64,000 nucleotides of DNA from Epithemia pelagica (GCA_946965045.2 OX337230.1:1550001-1614000), one strand, 5' to 3'. Shown: positions 1-10,001, counted from the first letter of the stretch. The notes: generated by a model not told the origin, from the letters alone. Numbers and translations: made by a program.

Positions 1-1283
1 AATTTCGGGATTCTGCTGCAACGCTTGGAACAAACTCATGAGGGCTTCTACCTTGTAATTCTCTGGTACAGCCATTTCCTCTTGTTCCCCATCGGCAACA
101 AATTGGAAAGGTAGATCCAAAACGGTTCCGGAGTGACAACAATCCATCTGATGTTACGTTTCCCGAAGATAATATGAGTAAGTGTCGTAAGACAATGGTG
201 CTGCAGCTAGAGAGAAATAAATGACTTACCAAGCAGGTCATAACCACGCCTCGAGCCATGGGGCCAACAAGAGTTTTAAAAAGGTCATCATCGCGAATTT
301 GACCACTTGTTGTATAGTCAACTGGGATTAAAGTTTCATCAAATCCGTCCTCTTCATCCCCGTCGTCGTCACGTAGCTTGCCTCCATGGCCTGGTAACGC
401 ACAAAACCTATGTGAGCGTCTGAAACCACATTAAGACGGAATCCCCATAGACTCTGTCGAGTTTCACTCACCAGAGTAATGGCAAAATACAACATCTCCT
501 TCTTGACTATCTTCCACGAGCTGGCGATAGGCAGCCAGAATATTAGACCGAGTAGGAGGTGTTTGCTGTCCGTCGTCCATCAGAATAGTAATGTTCTCGT
601 CACGAAAGCCATGGACGTTTTTAATATACTCAATCTTTCGCATGTAATACATTATTCAGATGAAGATGGTCCATGGTAGCAGCCAGTCGCCCAGCACGTT
701 GCGAACTTACCATGTTGTAACCATCATTATGGCAACCAGAGAGTTCTCCCTGTTGCCCCACGTAGTTAATGGCAATGACGACAGCACGGCGTGTACCTGA
801 TTCATTTTCAGGAGGAACCAGGTCAAAGGGAGCGCGAATATCGAACGGTCTGCTACTGGACAATTGAGGAATCTGCGAAAAGTTTTTCGACGCCAACATC
901 AAACGCATTTTCAAAAGAACTTCCTGAAAACTCAACGCAGTTTCAGGAGTTTTGTGGTCTTCATAAACCACGTTGAGCAAAGCTGAAGTGCATGCTCCAC
1001 CCGCACGACCTGCTGGATCAGGCAACTTGAATGAAGCAACATTGGAAACATCGGCCGAGGTTTGCTCATCACGACACCCAGAAATCATTCGGACGGTCGC
1101 AGGAATGTACTGCCATGCAAGGAGGTGTGAAATGCAATCGATATGTGAGAATAAGTGTTGAGTGTTCGCCCATTTTCAAGACACTCTTGAAGGGAAGAAA
1201 AGGTCGATCGACGAAGCGTCAATATGAAGTAAAAGCTTTCTACACACCTCTTCCGCTTTCTTGAGAATTTCTTCGGATGACAT
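1..1283 (-). CDS. Type III metacaspase (p10 before p20), 3' end runs off the window; exons about 1283-1248, 1109-711, 634-472, 390-230, 147-<1
   Basis: Spliced with GT-AG introns it reads [32 protein letters not shown] (p10) ... [23 protein letters not shown] ... VFCHYSG/HG (catalytic His) ... DETLIPVDY ... [17 protein letters not shown] (catalytic Cys). All junctions keep frame. Confidence 0.93.
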
Positions 1284-1911
1284 TGTTGAAGATGCTTTCT
1301 TTTGCTTTAATGGGCAATCCGAAGGATGATATTGTGTGGATCTTGAGTTGCTGAGCGCTGAGCGGGAAACAACGAGATTTCAAAATTCAGCTTGTCAATG
1401 ACGGCTACAGGTATAGATCTTCGCTCTTGACAGCGAATTACAAGTCACGCGGCGCGACACAACCGCTGCAGTACAATTTATTTGATATTGAATCTCCAGC
1501 TAAACTGCACTATCGAAATGGGTTGTGTAAGAAAGCGAGAGTACTTATTGCGTCTGCTCGCCACCAGCGAGAGCATTGCACATGCTTGACACCACGCGCG
1601 TGGCAGCTGTCGGTTGTAGGGGGTGTTAGTTTTCCAAGGCAGCAATATGATTGGGTTAGACATGTCACACAACAATTAAACACTTAACGAAAAACGAGTT
1701 AAAAATGTCTTACCTCGATTTAAAACCAATCCCACGAAGGCCCCGAATCACGGATTGGCAGCAAGAAAAAAGCCAAAAAAACCTCCAAGTTGGATTCCAT
1801 CAGCCGATCGAGGCGGTCGCTCGCGCCATTGTCGACAAAACACAAGACGACAACAAGACATTGACCACTTTCTGGCCATCTCAGACCTGTAGACAACGTA
1901 ATCGAATAAAG

Positions 1912-4900
1912 ATGGTTAGTAGGTCATCCTCTGGTGCTGTGCAATCATTTGCAGCAGCACAAAGTGCTGCAAGAGCAGCAATGGGTCCCCAGTCGCAACG
2001 ACTGGGCAACTTGTATAGTCGACTCCCTGTTCGACACGGACAACGACGCTCTGGTTATCAAACACTTACCGGAGTCGTGGAGTTTCAACAAGAGATTGAT
2101 TGTTGTGTGTGTAGAGCCAAACACAACAACCTCCCCAAACCACACAGATCCCACCACATGCTCTGTCCACTCAACACCAAAACAAAGGGAAAACCACACA
2201 AGACAAACGAACTCGGACAGATCAAGAGACTGGTGGATAAAGCAGCGAAGGAGAGGGAAAGAAACAACAAACAACCATTGTCTGAAGCTGAAAAGCACAG
2301 ACCAGGGATCACCATGGAGGACTGGGAGGACTTCATGAAGCCGCGTCCCAATACGGCCAAAAAAGTGTTGAACCCAGGAAAACTCACTCTAGAGTCGTTG
2401 ACAGGTGAGAAGTTGGCAGAAGGGAGAATGGGCGAAATCAGCAACGGTCAAAGTGTGACAGTGACAGAGCTGCGCATGTCGGCTGAAAATTTCAAAAAGG
2501 AAATATTACATAGGGTTACACATGGTACATTCAACGGTATCACGTGTCCCAAGACAATGCATGCGCTTGCCTCATTTATGCAAGAAGCGTGCCTGGGGAC
2601 AAAGCGTGATACGAGTGTGCTATCAAACTTCTTTGACGGTATGGAGTTTTGTGTACCGGCCTGCGCTACCAACACGTGTGCTTTGTACGACTCGTTTTCT
2701 CGCCAGAAACTCTTGGTTGTGGATTGGGAACTCTTTTTTCCTGGAGAAGTACTCTTTTGCCCTCTATGCAATGGTAAACTCCATCGGACACGGAGTAATT
2801 TCTCCAAAAACAAGTGTCTTTTCCCCCTATTCGGAAGCTCTGGTCCCCCAAGATACGCCATTGTCATGCACTATAGGTGCTCGGCATGTAAAACATGCTT
2901 CCAAGGGAATGAAGGACGATTTTTAGCAAAACTCCCACCTTGGATGGCCATGGCATACCCTGTGGAGCCAAAGTACGCTCGTGGGATGGCACATCTTACT
3001 CGAGATGCTACCCACATGCTAGAACACTCTATGCTGACCTACGGCAATGGAGATTATTTTTCTAGAATGATCTACAGTGGTATCAATACAGACTACAAAG
3101 ACAGACAAACGAGGTACTATTCATTCTGTGCATCCACCGGCCAAAAAAGTGAGGACTATCCCAAAAAGGATGGCGAGTGGCTGGTCAACTTCCCTCCACA
3201 AGGTGACACCATCCGTCAGCTGTATGACGATGCGGCTAGTTCCAATTGGAATTGGTGGGGTCTGTCGGATCATGATAGACACACGAGAGAAATGCAAATG
3301 GTGAGATGCGAACGAACATTTGCGAATGATCATACTCACCAGACAGTGAAAAACTATCCCTCAGCCTGTAAGGCAAAGGCCCTGTTTGACGTAGCCAACG
3401 AAAAAGGTGAGATCGCCTGTGCTATTCTCGTTGAAAATACCAAAATCCAGGAAGTGAGCCATGCTGTCGAACAGCTTGCTCGTCGGCCATGGTTTCGTCC
3501 GAAGGCCATGTATACTGATACATGGCCTTCTTCCATTGACTTCTGGGTCTTGATTTGGGGTGACGAGGTGAAGGGTTGCCTCGGCCTGTTTCATTTCCTG
3601 CAGAGAATTGTGAAGACTCTGCGACCAAGACACATTGATTATGGGCGAGCACTCCGTGATCTCAAAATGGCCCTGTATGAGTATAACGATGAGGATATGA
3701 ATAATGTCCTTCAAGCGCTGAAAGAAGGAAAAATGTCAAGTAGCAAGAAACAATACACTGAGGGTGAGATACAGGATCTGCTCGACACTCCAGAGTTTGG
3801 ACGAAGGTATGGAAAGTACATACGAAAAATGATCCGCTCGAAAGAAGTCATCATTGCGAAGCTGGAAGAATTCAAAGTGACCTATAAGGTCACTGCCTCA
3901 CCAGGCAAGCCATCAGCAAGAGGTCGACGAGATCCGCGGACAAATCAACCTCTATTTACGGAGGATACTCATCTCGCGATAGAAAATTGCAAACAAAAGG
4001 CAGTGTATTTGTCAGATCCACTACCACTTGAAGACATGTATTTGACAGTTGCAGCCAACAAGAATTCACGCCACTCCTTACCTGAATACATTGCAGTCAG
4101 AGGGGAATCCAAGTTGGAGAGCTTCCACGACAACCTGGCAAACTTTGCAAATTGTGGAATGCGTGAGAGCCTTGCAGACAATCTTAACCTACAGGGAACA
4201 GCGCAGTACAATCTTACCATTCGATTCAAGCATCGCTTGCTTGCAATGACTCTTGATGAGCGATCTCTTGTTCCAGCCGGATGGGAATGTGTGGTTCCTT
4301 ATTGGAACCACACTGAACTGCGATTCATCAATGAAATGGCTGTGAGTTCTGGATCGCAACAACAATTTCAATGGGTTGAAAACTTACCAGAAGACACTGG
4401 TGAACGCTTTTTTTCGGAATACTTGGCACAACAGAGCAGACGGAAATTGGAGATTCCGAAGCATCCACTCAATGACCGCTGTCAGTGTTGCTTGTGTGCC
4501 AAGTCTGTTGTGCGCCTTCCCCACGACAAGTCCTTTCACCCACCACCAGCACCTACTCTTTCAACACTACCACCAGTCCAAACAGTACAGGGGATGATTG
4601 TTAACCCGTACCGAAAGAGGACACCATCAAATAACAGTGATGAAACAAACCGAGACAATGAGCATGACAAGAGAGAGGAGAATGAGAAAAATGAGAGTGA
4701 GGACGGCAATTCCCCCAAAAGCAGTCCAAACAATCAGAGTGAGGGGTTGTTGTGTGTTCCGATTGTGGGAAATCCAACAGCAGTCGAATCCGAAAAAGAG
4801 CAGCATGTACAGAAAAACCAAAATGCCAGTGAGAAGGAGACGATAACAACAATGGAATCTGGTGACAGTGAGCCTCGACAGGAGGAGAGTACTTACATCA

Positions 4901-5439
4901 AGAATGTGGGTGAGCAAGAACCAAGTGAGACTCGGCCGCTGGTTCCACAAGCACAACAACAAGAACAGGCTGGGGAAGCACGTCACCAAGAAAGTAGCAC
5001 CAGTCAAACAAAGAAGCGAATGAGAGAAGAGAATCAACAAGAACAAGAAAGAGCACAACATAGGCGTGAGATTATGCAACAACTAAATAGTGCACGATTC
5101 AGCTCTGGTTTTGGAACAGTCAACAAGAACGACAGAGTCACCAGCACACCAGCAAGAATCACAACCACAAACACAACACATGCGCAACAAGAACTTACAA
5201 CAATGACAACAAGCCAAGCAAGTGGGCCATTGGCTCAAACACTTTTGGCTCTGTCGTTGCTGATGCCAAATTTAGTTCAACAGCAGCACCATGCCGCGAC
5301 CACAGCTTGGATGCGGCCAACCCCACGAAACCAACGGCAATTCTGTTGTCCGAAGTATTTTGAATACTTCGAGAATGGAAAGCGTGGGAGACCTCATCAC
5401 AACAAAGACTGCCCCAACAAAAATACCAAGAAGCCTTGA
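1912..5439 (+). CDS. Dada-like DDE transposase (frame open from 1705; probable start MVSRS at 1912)
   Basis: Motifs FANDHTH (D, ~3328), ANEKGEI, MYTDTWP (D, ~3517), LGLFHFLQR (xxxH, ~3592), RGESKLESFH (E, ~4117). Cys/His clusters CCVCRAKH..HH.LCP, CPLC..C..C, CQCCLC and C-terminal CC..GRPHH..CP. Confidence 0.8.
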   Translation: MVSRSSSGAVQSFAAAQSAARAAMGPQSQRLGNLYSRLPVRHGQRRSGYQTLTGVVEFQQEIDCCVCRAKHNNLPKPHRSHHMLCPLNTKTKGKPHKTNELGQIKRLVDKAAKERERNNKQPLSEAEKHRPGITMEDWEDFMKPRPNTAKKVLNPGKLTLESLTGEKLAEGRMGEISNGQSVTVTELRMSAENFKKEILHRVTHGTFNGITCPKTMHALASFMQEACLGTKRDTSVLSNFFDGMEFCVPACATNTCALYDSFSRQKLLVVDWELFFPGEVLFCPLCNGKLHRTRSNFSKNKCLFPLFGSSGPPRYAIVMHYRCSACKTCFQGNEGRFLAKLPPWMAMAYPVEPKYARGMAHLTRDATHMLEHSMLTYGNGDYFSRMIYSGINTDYKDRQTRYYSFCASTGQKSEDYPKKDGEWLVNFPPQGDTIRQLYDDAASSNWNWWGLSDHDRHTREMQMVRCERTFANDHTHQTVKNYPSACKAKALFDVANEKGEIACAILVENTKIQEVSHAVEQLARRPWFRPKAMYTDTWPSSIDFWVLIWGDEVKGCLGLFHFLQRIVKTLRPRHIDYGRALRDLKMALYEYNDEDMNNVLQALKEGKMSSSKKQYTEGEIQDLLDTPEFGRRYGKYIRKMIRSKEVIIAKLEEFKVTYKVTASPGKPSARGRRDPRTNQPLFTEDTHLAIENCKQKAVYLSDPLPLEDMYLTVAANKNSRHSLPEYIAVRGESKLESFHDNLANFANCGMRESLADNLNLQGTAQYNLTIRFKHRLLAMTLDERSLVPAGWECVVPYWNHTELRFINEMAVSSGSQQQFQWVENLPEDTGERFFSEYLAQQSRRKLEIPKHPLNDRCQCCLCAKSVVRLPHDKSFHPPPAPTLSTLPPVQTVQGMIVNPYRKRTPSNNSDETNRDNEHDKREENEKNESEDGNSPKSSPNNQSEGLLCVPIVGNPTAVESEKEQHVQKNQNASEKETITTMESGDSEPRQEESTYIKNVGEQEPSETRPLVPQAQQQEQAGEARHQESSTSQTKKRMREENQQEQERAQHRREIMQQLNSARFSSGFGTVNKNDRVTSTPARITTTNTTHAQQELTTMTTSQASGPLAQTLLALSLLMPNLVQQQHHAATTAWMRPTPRNQRQFCCPKYFEYFENGKRGRPHHNKDCPNKNTKKP

Positions 5440-5458
5440 CGGATTGTCCATGGCAATG

Positions 5459-5535
5459 GCTTGTCCATTTTGCCGTTGCTGGCAGGAAGGAGGATCCAGC
5501 CACATCACCGAAATATCATGGCGGATGTGGCTCAA
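5459..5535 (+). ncRNA. Candidate structured RNA element (two covarying hairpins) just 3' of the E1 transposase stop
   Basis: Hairpin A TGCCG-ttgc-TGGCA (5471-5484) and hairpin B AGCCACAT..ATGTGGCT (5498-5532). E3 has different but still paired stems with conserved linkers. Expression not shown. Confidence 0.5.
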
Positions 5536-6377
5536 GCACAAAAAGGAAAACCAAGAAATCCATCACACCAAACCCATGCACCACACCACAAAGAAGAAAA
5601 AGACACAAAACCATTAAGATGAGACGACCCGTATACCTGAAATAAGAAGAACTAAAACATAAGATGAAGAATGAGTTAGAAACATGCCTGTTCAAAAATT
5701 ATGAGAGCGATCTTTCGGTAGATTTTTGTGTCAACGATCGACGTACAGAGCACACATGAAGCTTACCATGGACAGACGTCTTGTACGTTCGTCGAGCGTT
5801 GACCACTGATGTAAGCACAGAAATTTCTGAACTAAGACCAAAATCATTTATGGTGATTGAAGGGGAGGTGCCTTCGCCCCTCATGACAGAGAGTTAAACC
5901 AGATGCAAGGGTTAGACAAGACATGGTAATTCAGCCAATGAGAGTGGAACCGACTAGGATGCAGAAAACGACGGAATCTTACCATTTTGAACGTTGGGAA
6001 TCTCTTCCTTTTTTCTTCCTCTCTTTTTTTCCCTCCCCTTTTTCCCTTCTCTCTTCTGCCTTGGCCCCCCCCATTTTCGTTGTAGGGGGTGTTAGTTTTC
6101 CAAGGCAGCAATATGATTGGGTTAGACATGTCACACAACAATTAAACACTTAACGAAAAACGAGTTAAAAATGTCTTACCTCGATTTAAAACCAATCCCA
6201 CGAAGGCCCCGAATCACGGATTGGCAGCAAGAAAAAAGCCAAAAAAACCTCCAAGTTGGATTCCATCAGCCGATCGAGGCGGTCGCTCGCGCCATTGTCG
6301 ACAAAACACAAGACGACAACAAGACATTGACCACTTTCTGGCCATCTCAGACCTGTAGACAACGTAATCGAATAAAG

Positions 6378-9300
6378 ATGGTTAGTAGGTCATCCTCTGG
6401 TGCTGTGCAATCATTTGCAGCAGCACAAAGTGCTGCAAGAGCAGCAATGGGTCCCCAGTCGCAACGACTGGGCAACTTGTATAGTCGACTCCCTGTTCGA
6501 CACGGACAACGACGCTCTGGTTATCAAACACTTACCGGAGTCGTGGAGTTTCAACAAGAGATTGATTGTTGTGTGTGTAGAGCCAAACACAACAACCTCC
6601 CCAAACCACACAGATCCCACCACATGCTCTGTCCACTCAACACCAAAACAAAGGGAAAACCACACAAGACAAACGAACTCGGACAGATCAAGAGACTGGT
6701 GGATAAAGCAGCGAAGGAGAGGGAAAGAAACAACAAACAACCATTGTCTGAAGCTGAAAAGCACAGACCAGGGATCACCATGGAGGACTGGGAGGACTTC
6801 ATGAAGCCGCGTCCCAATACGGCCAAAAAAGTGTTGAACCCAGGAAAACTCACTCTAGAGTCGTTGACAGGTGAGAAGTTGGCAGAAGGGAGAATGGGCG
6901 AAATCAGCAACGGTCAAAGTGTGACAGTGACAGAGCTGCGCATGTCGGCTGAAAATTTCAAAAAGGAAATATTACATAGGGTTACACATGGTACATTCAA
7001 CGGTATCACGTGTCCCAAGACAATGCATGCGCTTGCCTCATTTATGCAAGAAGCGTGCCTGGGGACAAAGCGTGATACGAGTGTGCTATCAAACTTCTTT
7101 GACGGTATGGAGTTTTGTGTACCGGCCTGCGCTACCAACACGTGTGCTTTGTACGACTCGTTTTCTCGCCAGAAACTCTTGGTTGTGGATTGGGAACTCT
7201 TTTTTCCTGGAGAAGTACTCTTTTGCCCTCTATGCAATGGTAAACTCCATCGGACACGGAGTAATTTCTCCAAAAACAAGTGTCTTTTCCCCCTATTCGG
7301 AAGCTCTGGTCCCCCAAGATACGCCATTGTCATGCACTATAGGTGCTCGGCATGTAAAACATGCTTCCAAGGGAATGAAGGACGATTTTTAGCAAAACTC
7401 CCACCTTGGATGGCCATGGCATACCCTGTGGAGCCAAAGTACGCTCGTGGGATGGCACATCTTACTCGAGATGCTACCCACATGCTAGAACACTCTATGC
7501 TGACCTACGGCAATGGAGATTATTTTTCTAGAATGATCTACAGTGGTATCAATACAGACTACAAAGACAGACAAACGAGGTACTATTCATTCTGTGCATC
7601 CACCGGCCAAAAAAGTGAGGACTATCCCAAAAAGGATGGCGAGTGGCTGGTCAACTTCCCTCCACAAGGTGACACCATCCGTCAGCTGTATGACGATGCG
7701 GCTAGTTCCAATTGGAATTGGTGGGGTCTGTCGGATCATGATAGACACACGAGAGAAATGCAAATGGTGAGATGCGAACGAACATTTGCGAATGATCATA
7801 CTCACCAGACAGTGAAAAACTATCCCTCAGCCTGTAAGGCAAAGGCCCTGTTTGACGTAGCCAACGAAAAAGGTGAGATCGCCTGTGCTATTCTCGTTGA
7901 AAATACCAAAATCCAGGAAGTGAGCCATGCTGTCGAACAGCTTGCTCGTCGGCCATGGTTTCGTCCGAAGGCCATGTATACTGATACATGGCCTTCTTCC
8001 ATTGACTTCTGGGTCTTGATTTGGGGTGACGAGGTGAAGGGTTGCCTCGGCCTGTTTCATTTCCTGCAGAGAATTGTGAAGACTCTGCGACCAAGACACA
8101 TTGATTATGGGCGAGCACTCCGTGATCTCAAAATGGCCCTGTATGAGTATAACGATGAGGATATGAATAATGTCCTTCAAGCGCTGAAAGAAGGAAAAAT
8201 GTCAAGTAGCAAGAAACAATACACTGAGGGTGAGATACAGGATCTGCTCGACACTCCAGAGTTTGGACGAAGGTATGGAAAGTACATACGAAAAATGATC
8301 CGCTCGAAAGAAGTCATCATTGCGAAGCTGGAAGAATTCAAAGTGACCTATAAGGTCACTGCCTCACCAGGCAAGCCATCAGCAAGAGGTCGACGAGATC
8401 CGCGGACAAATCAACCTCTATTTACGGAGGATACTCATCTCGCGATAGAAAATTGCAAACAAAAGGCAGTGTATTTGTCAGATCCACTACCACTTGAAGA
8501 CATGTATTTGACAGTTGCAGCCAACAAGAATTCACGCCACTCCTTACCTGAATACATTGCAGTCAGAGGGGAATCCAAGTTGGAGAGCTTCCACGACAAC
8601 CTGGCAAACTTTGCAAATTGTGGAATGCGTGAGAGCCTTGCAGACAATCTTAACCTACAGGGAACAGCGCAGTACAATCTTACCATTCGATTCAAGCATC
8701 GCTTGCTTGCAATGACTCTTGATGAGCGATCTCTTGTTCCAGCCGGATGGGAATGTGTGGTTCCTTATTGGAACCACACTGAACTGCGATTCATCAATGA
8801 AATGGCTGTGAGTTCTGGATCGCAACAACAATTTCAATGGGTTGAAAACTTACCAGAAGACACTGGTGAACGCTTTTTTTCGGAATACTTGGCACAACAG
8901 AGCAGACGGAAATTGGAGATTCCGAAGCATCCACTCAATGACCGCTGTCAGTGTTGCTTGTGTGCCAAGTCTGTTGTGCGCCTTCCCCACGACAAGTCCT
9001 TTCACCCACCACCAGCACCTACTCTTTCAACACTACCACCAGTCCAAACAGTACAGGGGATGATTGTTAACCCGTACCGAAAGAGGACACCATCAAATAA
9101 CAGTGATGAAACAAACCGAGACAATGAGCATGACAAGAGAGAGGAGAATGAGAAAAATGAGAGTGAGGACGGCAATTCCCCCAAAAGCAGTCCAAACAAT
9201 CAGAGTGAGGGGTTGTTGTGTGTTCCGATTGTGGGAAATCCAACAGCAGTCGAATCCGAAAAAGAGCAGCATGTACAGAAAAACCAAAATGCCAGTGAGA

Positions 9301-9905
9301 AGGAGACGATAACAACAATGGAATCTGGTGACAGTGAGCCTCGACAGGAGGAGAGTACTTACATCAAGAATGTGGGTGAGCAAGAACCAAGTGAGACTCG
9401 GCCGCTGGTTCCACAAGCACAACAACAAGAACAGGCTGGGGAAGCACGTCACCAAGAAAGTAGCACCAGTCAAACAAAGAAGCGAATGAGAGAAGAGAAT
9501 CAACAAGAACAAGAAAGAGCACAACATAGGCGTGAGATTATGCAACAACTAAATAGTGCACGATTCAGCTCTGGTTTTGGAACAGTCAACAAGAACGACA
9601 GAGTCACCAGCACACCAGCAAGAATCACAACCACAAACACAACACATGCGCAACAAGAACTTACAACAATGACAACAAGCCAAGCAAGTGGGCCATTGGC
9701 TCAAACACTTTTGGCTCTGTCGTTGCTGATGCCAAATTTAGTTCAACAGCAGCACCATGCCGCGACCACAGCTTGGATGCGGCCAACCCCACGAAACCAA
9801 CGGCAATTCTGTTGTCCGAAGTATTTTGAATACTTCGAGAATGGAAAGCGTGGGAGACCTCATCACAACAAAGACTGCCCCAACAAAAATACCAAGAAGC
9901 CTTGA
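6378..9905 (+). CDS. Dada-like DDE transposase, E2 copy (frame open from 6171)
   Basis: Translation identical to the E1 ORF in the supplied track. Confidence 0.8.
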   Translation: MVSRSSSGAVQSFAAAQSAARAAMGPQSQRLGNLYSRLPVRHGQRRSGYQTLTGVVEFQQEIDCCVCRAKHNNLPKPHRSHHMLCPLNTKTKGKPHKTNELGQIKRLVDKAAKERERNNKQPLSEAEKHRPGITMEDWEDFMKPRPNTAKKVLNPGKLTLESLTGEKLAEGRMGEISNGQSVTVTELRMSAENFKKEILHRVTHGTFNGITCPKTMHALASFMQEACLGTKRDTSVLSNFFDGMEFCVPACATNTCALYDSFSRQKLLVVDWELFFPGEVLFCPLCNGKLHRTRSNFSKNKCLFPLFGSSGPPRYAIVMHYRCSACKTCFQGNEGRFLAKLPPWMAMAYPVEPKYARGMAHLTRDATHMLEHSMLTYGNGDYFSRMIYSGINTDYKDRQTRYYSFCASTGQKSEDYPKKDGEWLVNFPPQGDTIRQLYDDAASSNWNWWGLSDHDRHTREMQMVRCERTFANDHTHQTVKNYPSACKAKALFDVANEKGEIACAILVENTKIQEVSHAVEQLARRPWFRPKAMYTDTWPSSIDFWVLIWGDEVKGCLGLFHFLQRIVKTLRPRHIDYGRALRDLKMALYEYNDEDMNNVLQALKEGKMSSSKKQYTEGEIQDLLDTPEFGRRYGKYIRKMIRSKEVIIAKLEEFKVTYKVTASPGKPSARGRRDPRTNQPLFTEDTHLAIENCKQKAVYLSDPLPLEDMYLTVAANKNSRHSLPEYIAVRGESKLESFHDNLANFANCGMRESLADNLNLQGTAQYNLTIRFKHRLLAMTLDERSLVPAGWECVVPYWNHTELRFINEMAVSSGSQQQFQWVENLPEDTGERFFSEYLAQQSRRKLEIPKHPLNDRCQCCLCAKSVVRLPHDKSFHPPPAPTLSTLPPVQTVQGMIVNPYRKRTPSNNSDETNRDNEHDKREENEKNESEDGNSPKSSPNNQSEGLLCVPIVGNPTAVESEKEQHVQKNQNASEKETITTMESGDSEPRQEESTYIKNVGEQEPSETRPLVPQAQQQEQAGEARHQESSTSQTKKRMREENQQEQERAQHRREIMQQLNSARFSSGFGTVNKNDRVTSTPARITTTNTTHAQQELTTMTTSQASGPLAQTLLALSLLMPNLVQQQHHAATTAWMRPTPRNQRQFCCPKYFEYFENGKRGRPHHNKDCPNKNTKKP

Positions 9906-9924
9906 CGGATTGTCCATGGCAATG

Positions 9925-10001
9925 GCTTGTCCATTTTGCCGTTGCTGGCAGGAAGGAGGATCCAGCCACATCACCGAAATATCATGGCGGATGTGGCTCA
10001 A
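9925..10001 (+). ncRNA. Candidate structured RNA element, E2 copy
   Basis: Same sequence as 5459-5535 at +4466. Confidence 0.5.

Larger units (their letters stand above)
1613..6078 (+). mobile_element. Dada-like DNA transposon, copy E1 (4466 bp including the leading 7-nt GTTGTAG core)
   Basis: Exact 4466-bp periodicity with E2. Subterminal 9-bp inverted repeat CCAAGGCAG (1634-1642) / CTGCCTTGG (6056-6064), each 14 nt from a 7-nt core. Single long DDE-type ORF. Confidence 0.8.

Noticed and set aside
1613-1637. Reverse complement of the left end (GAAAACTAACACCCCCT) resembles part of plant U4 snRNA
   Set aside because: Short, gapped, low-complexity match with no other U4 features.
1705-1911. 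69-aa N-terminal extension of the E1/E2 transposase shown in the ORF track
   Set aside because: The homologous E3 leader has indels and a stop in that frame; protein similarity starts at MVSRS.
5437-5535. TGA stop plus downstream hairpins as a SECIS or a conserved readthrough extension
   Set aside because: No AUGA/GA quartet around the stem, and the readthrough peptides of E1 and E3 go out of register after GLSI.
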